A stretch of DNA of 64,000 nt from Eledone cirrhosa (GCA_964016885.1 OZ024741.1:305102001-305166000); one strand, 5' to 3'. Numbered from the stretch's first letter, positions 27,630 through 41,863 are shown. Notes: generated from the sequence alone by a model not told the origin. Program-made: numbers and translations.

Positions 27630-27673
27630 ATATATATATATATTATATATATGTAGGTTGATGCATGTTTTAC

Positions 27674-27851
27674 CTTCTTCTCTTTCTCTTTCTCTTCAAG
27701 TACACCTGTGTTTGGTATGACAAACTTCTTGTAGACAGCAGAAGTCCAGACTGAGTTGACAGGAATAGGTTGAAATTCTTCAGGAGTAGCAAGACCATAA
27801 GTGGCTTTAAGTTCAATGATTGGAGGATCATAAGGAATCTTTTGATGATAT
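27674..27851 (-). CDS. BROX: BROX coding exon 10
   Basis: CCAG|A TAT...YHQKIPYDPPIIELKATYGLATPEEF...EKEKEKK|GTAAAA. Confidence 0.93.
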
Positions 27852-28219
27852 CTGGATTTTAAAAGAATTATGAAATATATTAAATATGGTTATGTGGCTA
27901 ACAAGTTCACTTCACAACCATGTAGTTTTGGATTGACTAGTGCCTTGTAAGTGGAATTTGTTCAGAGAAACCTCAACTTGCTCATATGCTCCATAGTTGG
28001 CATAGTTTCTATGGCTGGAGGCCCTTCGTAACACCAACCACTTACCTAGGGTACTGGCTGCATCTTATCATAGCATAAGCACTATCACTTTACAGAGTGC
28101 ACCATGCACCAGAGAGATTGTCATATGATCTGCCAGGCTGAAGAATCCTCTCTACTCTATATTGTCTCCATTCAATCTCTTATAGAAACTATATAATATG
28201 ATAGCTGCAGCCTAGTGCA

Positions 28220-28668
28220 ACGTTTTGAGGCATTTGAGGGAGGATGTTCGGTGAAAGTGACTGGATCTGTGGAGCATGAAGAATTGGATTCTTCACAATG
28301 ACAATGCACCCTGTCACCGAGCTCTCCTCATTCGTGAGTTTCTCACCAAAAACAACATTTATCACTTTCACACCTGCCCTATTCCCCAAACTTACCACCT
28401 CCGGACTTCCAGTTCTACTCCAAGCTGAAAATTTAGCTCAAAGGCTGGTGTTTTAACACCGTTGCTGAGATCCAGAGTGAATTGTAGAAGGTCCTAGACT
28501 TGCTTACGGAAAACGACTTCCAGGCCGGATTCCAAGTGGCAGGAACATCGGGAAAGATATATTGCTGCGCAAGGTGACTATTTTGAAGGAGATGTTGTTA
28601 AAACTTAGGTAAATATATTAGTGTTTTTTTAAACATAACTAGCCTGGGAACTTGTTGATATCACCTTG
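28220..28668 (+). mobile_element. mariner transposase C-terminal remnant
   Basis: LHNDNAPCH...PAYSPNLPPPDF..YSKLK...IAAQGDYFEGD with stops and frameshifts. Confidence 0.8.
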
Positions 28669-28753
28669 CTGTCATTTTTCTCTAAAATTTCTTTTCCATT
28701 TTCGCCCTGCCCACCTCCCCAATCTTTCTATTTCTTGAATTTCTCATTCTATC

Positions 28754-28786
28754 TTCTGATGAAGGACTAGCGTCTGAAACGTTAAA
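28754..28786 (+). ncRNA. Minimal hammerhead ribozyme motif (weak stem I)
   Basis: CTGATGA a GGAC tagc GTCT GAAAC GTT; palindromic AACGTT stem III. Confidence 0.5.
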
Positions 28787-29577
28787 ACTCTTTTCCTACT
28801 ATTTCAAACGTAAACTAATAATATATTTCTTCATTGTACTGTATCGTTTGCTTTGTTATTTCTGTTTGCCTTTTACACACATGCACACACACAAACACAT
28901 ATATATATATGTATAAACACACACACACACATATATGTATAAATACACACACATATGTATAAACACACACACACACACACATATATGTATAAACACACAT
29001 ATATATGTATAAACACACACACACATATATATATATAATAGGTAAAGGATGATTAACACAGATAAGCGATATAATAGGGTGTTATTCCAAACATTAACAT
29101 ATGTTTTATTGCTTAATATGCAATTAATTATGTCTTGAAATCGCTATCATCAATAGTTGATTGGTTATTGTGAAATTCGATTTTAAATACACAAAATAAT
29201 GCAGTCACTAGGCAAATTATGAAAATACTGATCATGGAATCAGCCACACGACGGTTTTATACCAAATAACATAAATATCAAGATGAAGAATAAAATAAAC
29301 TGAGAGAAAATTATATACTTGAGGTGTAATAAAAGACTGGAATAACATTTGGGTAAAAATAAAGAAGGCCAGGGAAGCTTAAAAATATATTTATAACAGA
29401 TAAAAAAATAATAATAAAAATTAGAAAAAAAATACAAAGTATGTTAGCAGCTTTTAGATGAGTGTGGCTATAAGCAGTCAGCTTCACTCACAGCTGATTG
29501 GTTAAGTGTTCGTCCTTTGATATTGTCATATATATATATAAACACAGAGGAGATAGAGAGAGGGAAAGTATACTCAC

Positions 29578-29728
29578 ATCATACCATTTTCTCTTTCACA
29601 TTTCTCCAGCGTTCTTCGTACTTTTGGGCCAAGATTTCTAAAGAATATGTGTTCATGTGGTCTTGCCTGTGTCCCAGATCCTTTTGTTGCACTGTACTCT
29701 TTGCACCGAGCACTAGATCTCTCAAAAT
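29578..29728 (-). CDS. BROX: BROX coding exon 9
   Basis: CAAG|AT...YFERSSARCKEYSATKGSGTQARPHEHIFFRNLGPKVRRTLEKCERENGM AT|GTGAGT. Confidence 0.92.
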
Positions 29729-31203
29729 CTTGATGAGAAAAGAATGACAAATATAATCTTTAAAGAAATTCTCATAGATTCAACAAGGAATTCACCAAAT
29801 GGACAATTTTTTTAAAATTAATGCTTTGAGGAGGCGGATGCAGAATGGCCGAATAGTTAAGAAGTTTGTTTTGTAATCATTAGGTCCTTGATTTGATTTC
29901 ACTGCGTGGCATTTTGGTCAAGTGTCATTTACCACAGCCTCACGTCAACCTAAGATTTGTGATTGAAATTGGGTAGATGGAAACTGTTTGGAACCTCATT
30001 GAATGGACTATACTTGCAAGTGTATAGGCCGTGCTGAATTTCCCTAAGAAAGAATTACATTAAAGGTACACATCTTTACTCATAACTCTTAACGTCCTGC
30101 ACCACATGAACCAGCACTAGCAAGACATACTTAAAAAGCATAAAACAGTACTATGACTGCCTCACATTAAAAACTAAAGTCTTTATAGTGTGAGTTGGGG
30201 ACTTTTGTGGAAGAGGAGTGTGGTGGATTGGGGAGGTGGGTATTTGAGCATGTGTGAGGAGTGGAGTGTTAGGACGTGGGAGGTAATGGAAGGGAGGTGG
30301 GGTGGAGCACATTAGATGTATACTTCAACCTATGCTCAAGGGAGGTATATGGAGGAGTGGGGTGGAGTGGAGGTGAAGATGGTGTTATATATATACACAT
30401 AGGATAAGTGAGCTGCTGCTATTTTCAGCATCCTCCTGCCTGACTACCCTTTTTCTCGTCTGGAAACTGTAGGGAGCAGGTCACACTACTGGCCTCTGTT
30501 TAGGACAGAGTTGTTTGGCTTTGTAGGAAGGCCTGTTGATAAGACCCCATATTCCTAGTTTGCCAACAATCAATTTTCAATAGTTGTGGTTGGCAACATT
30601 TTTCAGGCGTTGAAACCAAAATATTCTGGTTCAGGTGATGAAGAATCTTTAAGTATCTCAACTCTTTCTTTGTTAAACTGTTGGAAATCTTATGTTTCTT
30701 GGATTGTTATCCACCTGTTCGTTTTACATAGATACTGCTGATCCATGACCGAATCGATATGATATGCTCCAAAGCTAATTTCCACACATGGTTTTGGTTG
30801 TTGTAGAGAAGTTGCATAGGAAGCAAAATCGATAATTCACATTAGCCGTTGTGCCTATGTCAACAAACTGATTTAAATTCCTTACTATATAGATATCATT
30901 GTTTGTTTAAGTTAAGTGTGCATTTGTCAATATGTTAATTATGTGAATATGTGTGTGCTTATAAAGTGTGTGTGTGTGTGTTTATATGTTGAATGTGTGT
31001 GTATACCATGCAAGCATGGAAAAATAAAAGTAATAACGTGATGATGATGATGTATATATGTGGGTGTCTGTGTCTGTTTATATCCCATAATTTTGCTGTT
31101 CGACAAAAAAGAAATCAATAAAATAAGTACTGGGATTGACTAAAACCCCTTTATGGCAGTGCCCCAGCACGGTTGCAGTCTAATAACATAAAAGAACACT
31201 TAC

Positions 31204-31285
31204 ATTTCTGTGCTTCCTGAAGGCATTTGATGGCTTCTCCACACTTGTCTTGTGCCAACAGAGTTTCTCCATGATAGGTATGTGC
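31204..31285 (-). CDS. BROX: BROX coding exon 8
   Basis: CTAG|[28 protein letters not shown]|GTAAGT. Confidence 0.95.
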
Positions 31286-33123
31286 CTAGTAGATCAATAA
31301 TCAATAATTAGAATTATTTAAACTCTTTTTTTTTCTTCAAATTAATGAAACTTTTTATTTAATGTTTACAACATTTTACAAACAGAAGTTATACAATGAT
31401 GGAAATATAAAAAAAAGATAAAAACAAAATTAAGTAATGAAAAAATAACGCCCCGACCTAGGCACAGAGTCTGTCACCCTCTCTTTCTCTTGTCGCATAA
31501 TAGTCTTTGTTTTTACCCTCCTTTCCTTTACATTTATGACAATTATAGTCCTTTTTTCTACTTTCCTATACAGCCAGATCTGCCTTTCTTTACCTTTTTC
31601 CCTTGTTTTTTCATTACTTAATTTTGTTTTTATCTTTTTTTAATATTTCCATCATTGTTACACTCTTTTATCTTACATATGTAAAGGTAAAGATTTTCAT
31701 TTCTTCTTAACATTGTACATACACACATACATACACATGTACATATGTATGTATGTACCTTCCTACCTACCTATATGCATACATACACACATATATATAT
31801 ATACATGTGTTTGACCTCTGGTAGTTCTGAAAAGTGTCCGTTTTTTAAACAATGGAACAGCCTGCTTGTGAAAAACATGCATTCCAAACATGTACATCCT
31901 TAACATGTTTTCAGAGAGATTCAGTGTGATATCAATACAACTAATTTTCACTAGTTGAACAGTCTAAAGCAATGGAAATTGAACTCACAACATTCAGATA
32001 ATAAGCTGAACACCCTAACACCTGTGCCTACATATATACACATGCATACACACACACACATACAGACACACACTAAAAAAAATTTCCTATGTTCTAACAT
32101 CCCACCCACTTATTCCCTATCTATTTATTACTTTCTTTTTCTCACTCTCTCTCTCTTCTCTAGAAGAAATCAGTTATGATTAGATCTAGAGAAAAGTGTG
32201 CTCAACCAGGCTTAAAATGACCAAGATATGCCATAACAGTGTTCCTATAAATCCAACAAGAGTTACAGGTCCATGGCATGGCACGGCATGGTGTGTGTGA
32301 AGAAGAGAGGGAGAGAGATAGAGGCTGAGTAGAGGTGAGGTCTATTCAACACTCAACCAGAACAATGTCCAGCAATGAAGTGGTCAACAGTATTATTAGT
32401 TGTGTCAATCATTTCAAAGCACCAAACTTTTAGTAAAACATACAAAATATACTTCTGTCTCTGTCTCTCATCTCTCACTCACTACCTCATATACAAGAAA
32501 ACCTATCAAGCTGTCAAGCCATTCTGAAGAGATATAATAATATTGAAAAAGGCATTTGGCTATGGATACAACTGTTAAAGAAATTTAAAATTAGATCTGA
32601 ACATCTAAATCTGACACTTGGAAAAAAAAAACAGAGCGAGATAGATAATAAATAAAATAACACAAACATAGTATCAAATATTGTGAACAAAGAGAAATTG
32701 ATGACTAATCAGAGAGCTCTAAATACTTTAATCTTTAGCACACTAATAAGTTGTTTCTCTTGACACTGTATTATCTATTAAAGGGGGATTACTCTTACGG
32801 CGCCATGTGTCACCCACAGCACGTTGAAGATTAACTAAACTATTACCACAACTGCCATAGAACATAATTAAAAAATGTGACAGTTGAGCTACATTATACA
32901 GATCTAAATCGAAATACCAATCTTCTATACATGCATATTTTGTCCTACTCAAATATGGAGATACAAGTAGTTCAAAGAAGAAAAAGGAAAAAAACAATTA
33001 GATTGATAAAAAAAGAATGGAATGTAAATAAAAAATATTTTAAAAATCAGAAAAGGAAGGGAAAGGCAAGGGCTCTACTGTCACAGAAGAATGAGATCAA
33101 TTTCATCAAATTCTGATACTTAC

Positions 33124-33209
33124 ATAGGCTGTATAGAAATCCTTCTTTAGTTGGAAGTATTTCCGCCATTTGTTAATTACTTCGGAATCAATACTTGAAA
33201 GGCTATCAT
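33124..33209 (-). CDS. BROX: BROX coding exon 7
   Basis: TTTTCAG|AT DSLSSIDSEVINKWRKYFQLKKDFYTAY|GTAAGT. Confidence 0.95.
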
Positions 33210-33726
33210 CTGAAAAGATTTGGATGAAGATATAAATCTATTATATGGTGGGGTGTTGGTGGTGGTTGTAGTAGTAGCAGTAGTAATAGTAGAAGTAGTG
33301 GTGGTGGCATCAATAGTAGTAGTCATAACTATTTCTAATTAAGCACAAGGCAAGCAATGTTTTTGCTTGTACTTTATTTTATTGAACTTGGAAGGATGAA
33401 AGGCAGAATTAACCTCAGTGGGATTTGAACTCTGAATATGAAGAGTCATAATTAAATACTGCCAATTCACCACCCTGGTGAAAATAGTAATAATAAATAT
33501 CATCATCATCATTGTTTTAACTTCGTTTCCCTGCTAATAGGAGTTGGATGGGTCTACACAGACCAAGTCAGTACTGAAGTGGCAACTATTGACTTGTAAT
33601 GGGTTCTAATCTAGGCATAAGGTCAGCAATTTGGGGTCAAGGGGAAAATTGATTAAATTGGCCCCAGTATTTCAAGGGTAGTGTATGTCATTGACTCTGG
33701 GAAGAAGCAAGGCAATGTTGATTTAA

Positions 33727-33932
33727 CCCTTTAGCATTTACATTACTTTATATATACTATTATGTTTTCATGATAAAGACTTTATCGCACAAAATTATCT
33801 CACATAATATCAAATCTATGAGATTTTGATATAATTTATTTTGAGAACACCTTAACAGGTTACAGCTAGTTTGAACAGAAAGTGGTAAGAGAATTCTGGC
33901 CAGATACGGCTGCTGGTTTCAATGCTAAAGGA
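33727..33932. mobile_element. TTAA-flanked piggyBac-like MITE family 1; copies also at 45603-45823 and 51206-51402
   Basis: TTAA-CCCTTTAGCATT...AATGCTAAAGG(G/A)-TTAA; the 45603 copy interrupts an RTE element. Confidence 0.75.
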
Positions 33933-34149
33933 TTAACGAAGTTAATACATAACCAGAGCTACTGTACTCCTAGACAGGCTGAGGGACCATGTCTCATTCA
34001 GTACATTACCTTTGGCATGGTATCTATTACTGGATGCCCTTCCTAACACCAACCACTTTACAGAGTACTGTGTGCACTTTATCATGGCATGAGAACTAGG
34101 GCAGTTGTCATGATCTTGATGTGACTGAAGTTCTCTACCCAACAGTCTA

Positions 34150-34422
34150 AAGTCTGTCTCAAACCAGGAGGCTCGTCAGGCTGATGCTTATCCCGGTTTG
34201 TGAAGCGACTGAGAGTACAAAACTTCCCCTGGACAGGACGCCAGTCTATCACAGGGTTAAACCTCCAGCTATTGCTGAAACTCATTTTCAGCTAAGAATA
34301 ATGGAGCAGCATGAAATGAAGTGTTTTGCTCAAGAACACAACACACAACCCAACCCAGGAATTGAACCCACAACCTTATGATTGTAAGTCTAACACCCTT
34401 ACCACTAGGGCATGTGCCGCCA
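34150..34422 (-). mobile_element. tRNA-derived SINE family B; copies ~17180-17390, 36540-36870, 50520-50660 (-) and 54868-55110, 63617-63760 (+)
   Basis: Head GGC(A/G)C(A/G)TGGCTTA(G/A)TGGTTAG (A box), GAGTTCAATTC (B box), TTGAGCAAGACACTT(T)ATTTCAC body. Confidence 0.8.
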
Positions 34423-34551
34423 CATAACAGAAAGAAAAAATATTGAAATTATAAATCAGAAATATTTCAATATTACCCATACTGAGATATTAAAAACATT
34501 CAGTAGAGATTAACTTTAATTACTTTGGAATATATAGAAAATATTACACAC

Positions 34552-34641
34552 CAGCTTTTGTGAAGAGCTGTGCAGTCTCATATGTCAACGCAGCAATCAG
34601 AGTGGCACTGTGTTTTAGTTCAATAGCTCGTGCTGTGGTTA
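34552..34641 (-). CDS. BROX: BROX coding exon 6
   Basis: TTACAG|TA TTARAIELKHSATLIAALTYETAQLFTKA G|GTGTGT. Confidence 0.95.
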
Positions 34642-36327
34642 CTGTAATAAAATGATAAATATAGATAAATAAAATACACAAATACACAGATACTCACGAG
34701 TCCCAAATAATAGGGAAACGGGGAAGGGGGAATAAAGAGGGGAGTTGGAATAAGCAGTGGGTGGGGTGGAAAATTGGTAATTCTTCTAGGTTGTCTCCAT
34801 TGATTTCTTTTTAAAAACCAGAATTAGTTGTTTAGTTTACATATTGAGATCCCAACCCATCCCATTTATTTTGTAACGTATGAGATTTCTTGTAATGTGT
34901 TTTAACGCCTAAAGAAAATTAATTGTCGCAGGAATGCTACCACTTAAAATAAAATTCCGCCGGAGATAGATTAGCAAAATTTAATAAGTGATAAGCGGGG
35001 GTTGGGTAGATTGGAATAAGAGCGGGGGTTGGGTTGGGAGAGAGGGGGGTGGGTCGATTATTTTTGATCCAAGAGTAAAAGGAAATGGAATTGACAGCCG
35101 TCGTTTTCCACGCTGGCTTGGGTTAGACAAGTAATCCTGTTGTGAGCAATGCTAGGTCAGGTGATCATATCATGCTCATACAGAATCGATTTTGGCTTGG
35201 TTTCTACAGCTGGATGACCTTCTTAGTGCCAACTTCATTTACAGTGAGTAATGGGTGCTTTTTGTCATGACACCTCCATGACTACTTTACAGTGTGGGCT
35301 GGGCGCCTTTTGTCGTGTCGCCATCACAACCACTTGACAGTGTGGGCTGGAGGCTTCACTGAATGTATGTATGGGAGTTGGTGGGGTGGGATGGTGCATA
35401 TCATACATATGGTTCATCTTTGGCCTGTGCCCATGGGAAGTCTGGTCTTCTGTATTATTGCGTAAAGCCTTTGAGAAGTGCATTTAGGCAAGGTCAGCTT
35501 TTATCACCTCAGACACACAGAGGAAATAGAATGGAATGGACTTTCGCTAGTTTCAAAGATGAGTGTGCCAGTTGTTCAATCAATGGGACAGCCTACGTGT
35601 GAAATTAATGTGAAAGTGGTTAGCTATGAATTCAAAATAATTTTGAAAACAATGAAGAATTTGGAATGATTTATCAAAGTTTCTCATTATTAAGCTGGCG
35701 TTTGCTTGCAGGGAAAACAGATGTATGTGATGATGATGATATATATGCATATATGTGTGTGTGTGACCACACTTGATGCCATAATAATGTATGATAATAC
35801 TGCTTATACAAAGACAGTGGTGACATTGTTGATGTTGGCCATAAACAATACATCCTGTAGCATAACAGTCTGGCAAACATTTATGTACAGTGGTCCTGTA
35901 GGTGTTACAACAAAAAGCACCCAGTCCACACAGTAAAGTGGTCATGTAGGTGTCACAACAAAAAGCACCCAGTCCACACTGTAAACTGGTGATGTAGGTG
36001 TCACAACAAAATGCACTCAATACACACTGTAAATGTGGTTGACATTCTGAAGGGCATCCAGTCATGGAAACCAAGCCAGAATCAGTTCTGTATGAGCAAG
36101 ACATGGTCATCTGATCTGGCTTGTCTCACAATGGGACAACTCGTTTAACCCATGCTGGCGTGGAAAAATGCACGTTAAATGGGGATGATGATGATGGTGA
36201 TGATGATACCATACTTTAAATAAAAATGGTATGAGCTGTCTTGTTCGATCATGGAAAAAGCAAATGTTGAAACAATGATTAAGATGATGGTGTAATAAAT
36301 AACAAAATATATATATTTGCATGTTAC

Positions 36328-36430
36328 CTTCTTGAGCTTCAGCAATACATTGATGAATGAAAGCATCAAGAACACGAACATCCAGATCAGTGCCACTGTC
36401 AATGTCTGAGAGTCTTCCAGTCAAGTCATT
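36328..36430 (-). CDS. BROX: BROX coding exon 5
   Basis: TTTCAAAG|NDLTGRLSDIDSGTDLDVRVLDAFIHQCIAEAQE G|GTAACA. Confidence 0.9.
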
Positions 36431-36918
36431 CTTTGAAATTTAGTAAGATAAAAAGAAAGAAGAGAACAATTGTCCATTATTCAATAGATACAGTAAACAA
36501 TAAATATATGCAAGAGTGAAGACTGCATAGGTAAGGTTAAAGAACCCCTTTCAGTGACAAATGACTATGGGATTTGCACCTAGAAAGTTCCCCCTCCGAG
36601 GTACAAGTCCAGGTAAGGTTCTTTATGGAAGACCAGCAGTCGCCCATGCATACCAGTCTCCCATCTCCATGCCACCAATGTTGTCCAAGGGAAAGGCAAA
36701 GGCCGATACAACTCGACACCAGTTATATCGCAACTCATTTCTGCAGTAAACTGGAACAACGTGGAATAAAGTGTCTTGCTCAGGGATACAATGCACCACC
36801 TGGTCTGAGAATCAAACCTACAACCTCATGATTGTAAGCCCAATGCTCTAACCACTAAACCATGCACCTTGCATTGGTATAGATAATTGAATGTATATGG
36901 ATGATGATCATTGGGTGA

Positions 36919-37091
36919 AAAACAATAACATTCGAAATAAATTTTGCAAAACAATAACATTCGAAATAAATTTTGCAAAACAATAACATTCGAAATAAAT
37001 TTTGCAAAACAATAACATTCGAAATAAATTTTGCAGTTTTAAGTTAACACGTACATTCTGTAAAGCAGTAGTACGGGTACCATGATAAAAA
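36919..37091. repeat. 29-bp unit x4 plus tail, duplicated from 37810-37893
   Basis: AAAACAATAACATTCGAAATAAATTTTGC repeated four times, then AGTTTTAAG...CATGATAAAA identical to the sequence after the single unit at 37810. Confidence 0.9.
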
Positions 37092-38193
37092 ACTTCCAGA
37101 AGGAAGCTGTGGAAGAAGACCAAGGATGAACTGGGTGGAGGTTATGAGAGATGACTGATCTCAAAAAGCTGAACCTCACAGAGGAGCTGACAAAGGAATG
37201 CAACAAGAGGAGGCAAATTGTTCACTACCATGCAGCATCACACTTTGCACACAGGCATCATACAGTCGTCCTTTTGTAGGTTAGGAGAAACCTTTTGTTG
37301 TCAACAGTGAGAGTAACTCTCTAAACTTCTATCCTATCCTCATTCAACCAATTATGCTCTAGCAGAAGCTATCAACTCCTTCTACGGACACTTCCTATGA
37401 CTTGAAGAGGTTAATATCACTGACACTCTTCCCCTCACCTAGTTAAATTATAAAAGAGATCTATCTGGCTTCTCAACCTGCTAAAATTAGCAGCCAAATC
37501 TTTCTCAAATCACACTCTATCATCTTATACAAAAAGGACATGCTAGACAACTATATCTTGAATAAAAAAGCACAACACAGAATACAAGAAGTACACTCTG
37601 TAAACTGTAAACTGGTTATTGTTAGGAAGGGCATCCGGCCATAGAAACCATGCCAAGAAGGATTGAGAAGACTTTTCAGTCATGTCGCAAACACGACAAC
37701 GTCTATAGTACAGCTGCCACAATGAAATGGATAATTATTTGTAAGATGTGATGGTCTTAGTTAAAATGTCTTTAGTCACAAGGTATGCCCATCTGGAATG
37801 ATCTGAGGCAAAACAATAACATTCGAAATAAATTTTGCAGTTTTAAGTTAACACGTACATTCTGTAAAGCAGTAGTACGGGTACCATGATAAAATGTACA
37901 TAGTAAACTCTGTAAAGTAGTAGCACTATTGCCATGCTAAAATGCATCTAATACACTCTGTAAAGTGGTAGTGCTAGTATCACAATAAAATGCACCTAGT
38001 ACACTCTGTCAATTGGAAGTGATGGTGCCATAAAATTCACTGAGTACACTCTGTAAAGTGGTGGTGCTAGTGCAAGGATTAAAGGGAATGCATGAGCATG
38101 GCATCATTCTCTGATCATGAAAACCAGTCTAACCCATACCAGCATGTAAAATGATGAATATGATGAATAAGTGTGCATAGAAAGAGCACCTAC

Positions 38194-38266
38194 CTTTACA
38201 TATGTGAACATACCAGCAGCGATACGAAGACATCTGTGAACTTCTTTTGCTGCATCCATGTCTACA
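38194..38266 (-). CDS. BROX: BROX coding exon 4
   Basis: CTGCAG|T VDMDAAKEVHRCLRIAAGMFTYVK|GTAGGT. Confidence 0.95.
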
Positions 38267-39130
38267 CTGCAGTATATGACAGGACATTGTAAGTAAACAA
38301 AACAGGTGACAAAGGTAGTTTTTAACTCTTATGCTACCAAGCTGTCTAAAACTGCCTCTAGTTCTTTAAAACAACCACCTGTTTTAAAAGGTTCCTATTC
38401 AAGTTTTTAAAATCTTTCATAATTTGGAAGGAGAACCTTTTGAAAAGTTATATTATTATGATCTAAATAATGAAACAAATAATAATTTTAGTAAGTCCCT
38501 CCAAAATGTTTATTAAATTATTAAAATACAGTGTATATCATTAGAAATAGAGTAATGAAAGGGTTAATATTCCTAATTTACTTTCAGGTCCCAAATAATG
38601 GGCTTGGGGGTTGGAAAATCGGTAATTTTTCTAGGTTGCTTCCCTTGATTTTTTAGAAAATTAATTATTACATCAATGCTACCACCTAAAATAAAATTTC
38701 ACTGAAGGGAGATTAGCAAAGTTTGATAAGCAGGCTGGTTGAAAAAAATCTGAAAAATTAATAAGCGGGGAGGTAGGGGGGGCGATTATTCATGTCCTGA
38801 GACAACTTAAAAATAGCTTTCGACTGAAAAAAGGTAGTTTTACATACTTCCTTGCTGCTATAACCTTTTTGTCACCACATTTCTAAGATGTTTCTCAGAA
38901 AAGACACTGCCTATGATTTTCAAATAATTTTATTAAATTTGGAAAGATTTAGTTAAATAAATAGCTTTCTCATTAAGTTGGTGCTTGGAACATATTTTTA
39001 ACAAAAGCTCTTACAAAAAATTACAGTGGAAAATTTTTTGATAAATATAAACACTTTAAAATAAACAGCTTAGTATTGTAGAACCAGAGGCATTTTCAGG
39101 CAGCTTGATATTAAATACACACACACACAA

Positions 39131-39161
<31 letters not shown>

Positions 39162-40335
39162 CACACATACAATAATATATATATATTAAGTAATCATGAC
39201 ATTAAAAAATGATGATAGTTATATTAATTATAGGATAGAACTCAATACATGATTAAATGCAGAATGAGAGGTGGAAATAAGGTAAAATCTCAGTGAAGGG
39301 CCCTCTCATTTTTGATTAATTCACAGGGACACTAAATTCAGATTAGTGAGTTAGGGACACATATACATTCAGCTACAGTCTGGCTATGATAGTTACCACA
39401 ATATGCACAACCAACAACTATGAATATGGGGCAGGTTGTGGTGACAATACACCGAATCCTATCAACAGTGGCTGACAAATATGTCAACACCAGCCACAAC
39501 AATACTACTACTAATCAAAATAATAACAATAATATTGGTTTCTGGTATAGGCACAAAGCCAACAATTTTGGGGGAGGAGGAGTCAATTAAATTGATCCCA
39601 GTGTATTACATCAACCCCCGTAAGGATGAAAGGCAAAGTTAACCTCGGCAGGATTTGAACTCAGAATGTAAAGGGACGTAACTCTATGCTGCAAAGCAGG
39701 TTGTTCGACACCCTGCCAGTACTGCCAAATCCACCGCCCTTTTATAATGAAAGTTTCTGATTGAGTCACAATTTGTGGGATAGGGAAAGTCCATTAAGTT
39801 GACCTCAGTACTTGACTTGTATATGAAAGTTGACCTTGTCATTTGAACTCAGAATGTAAAGAACTGGAACAAATACCATAAGGCATTTTCCCAACACTCT
39901 AACCATTCTACCAATCTACCATCCTCCCATCAATAATAATAATAATGATTTTAAATTTAAACACAAGACCAGGAAAGTCAATTATTAAAAATTTAAACAC
40001 AAGAGAGAAAGTCAATTATATTAACCCCAGTACTTGACTGGTACTTCATTTTATTGACCCTGGAAGGACAAAAGGCATCACATGACCACACCAATGCAGT
40101 CTTCTCTCCTGCACACTACAGTTTATCCCTCTTATACACAGTTTCACTCTCAATTTGAACTCAGACTATAAAGAGTTGGAATAACAATACTAACAACAGC
40201 ATCAGTGATAGTAGAGACAATATCTGCAACAACAACAACAACATCAACAATCACCGCTGCACTGACAGCAATGATAATAGCATATTATTAAGGTCAAATT
40301 ATTTTGATCAAATAACAACAACTTAATTAACTTAC

Positions 40336-40431
40336 TTCTCACGAGATGCCAACTTTGCAGCATGTTTGGTAAACCAGATAGCAACATTGACAACCATTGA
40401 AGCATGTTCAAAAATTGCATCTTTCTGTACT
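40336..40431 (-). CDS. BROX: BROX coding exon 3
   Basis: TTTCAG|A VQKDAIFEHASMVVNVAIWFTKHAAKLASRE AA|GTAAGT. Confidence 0.95.
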
Positions 40432-40859
40432 CTGAAATATCAAACAAAATGTAAAAAAATGGAAGTAAGTTATTTGTGAGAATGTTTGTTTGGATATGTG
40501 TTTGTGTGTGACCATGTGTATGTGTTTGTGAGTGAGAAGCATCATCATTATTTTATCTCTGTTTTTCCATGTTTGCATAAGTTAGACGGGTCTTTTCCAG
40601 CATAACCACTCTCCACTCATGGCCTCAAAGCATTTTGTTCGACAATATAATGATTCTGGTTTCTAACTTAGACATATGGCTAGTAATTTGTGGAAAGTAA
40701 AGTTGATTACACCAACTTTAGTACATTACTGGTACTATATTGTTTTCAACCACAGTGGAAGGATAGAGGGTAAAGTTTACCTAGATGAAATTTACACTCA
40801 GATCATGGACAGCCAGAATAGTGAGAATTAGTAAAGAAAATAATAAAAATTCAACTTAC

Positions 40860-41060
40860 ACAGGTACCTTTCCTTTCAGTGTGTTTGTCCATTTAAAGTA
40901 GATGGCTTTTTGTAGCTTGTTCTCAGTTTCTCCTTCATAGTTCTGATAAAGACCTTGCAGAAATGAGAAATAGTCAGTATATGCCTTGATAATTGCTGTC
41001 TTATCGTGGCCAGGATCAGTAAGAAGATCCAGTAAATTATTCCTGGTCATCCGTAAATCG
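40860..41060 (-). CDS. BROX: BROX coding exon 2
   Basis: TGACAG|C DLRMTRNNLLDLLTDP...YFSFLQG...YFKWTNTLKGKVP GT|GTAAGT. Confidence 0.95.
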
Positions 41061-41863
41061 CTGTCAAATACAAAATATAACATGCTGAAATTAGCTGAAG
41101 GGATGGTGACAAAATGGAAAAATAAAACACTGTAGAAGTCATTTCTATATAAAATATAGATACCTATATTGAGTACTTTTTTTTATCTGTAGTCACCTCC
41201 CAACACCTATCAAGAATCTGCCCATAAATATATATACGCGTGTGTGTGTGTGTGTGTGTGCGCACACGCTGAATCTAGTACATTCATCCATCACAAGACT
41301 TATTAAGATATAAAAATGTTATTGATATAATGGTAGTCAAACCAGAATTTTGACTGTTATCATATCAACAATTAACTTTATAACTTGATAGGTATCAGCT
41401 GCTCTCTGATAAGTTTGAGGTAGAGCCTGTAACAGTGGAGATTTCTGGTGTTATTGGTCCTCCGGACCACATCCCTACTCATTGCTATTGGAGCGGAGTT
41501 GGTCACTTACAAGTGTGAGCCTATGAGGTTGAGTGGCTGTTCTACTGCATCTTACTTGTGTCCTTCAGGGCAATCTATTATCCATCCAGTCGGTTAGGAC
41601 CCACAGACAAAGCATAAGTGAGGTGGAGGATACTCATTTGGATGTCCCTTTCTCTCTATTTCTTTAAAAATCTCATTAGCCATTCAGTCTATCATATAAC
41701 TTAAACCTGTTGCTTGATAAGCCCCGAGATGGAACAAAGTGTTATAAACAAAGCTTTATTATATATTTTGACTATTTAATGTGTTGTAGAAGCTTTCAAT
41801 ATTACCCCACCACCATCACCACACACACACACACACACACACATCTCTCTCTCTTTATATATA

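Noticed and set aside
40244-40447. ORF-track protein MFDISEYRK...
   Set aside because: Wrong frame; the real BROX exon 3 uses another frame fixed by splice phase
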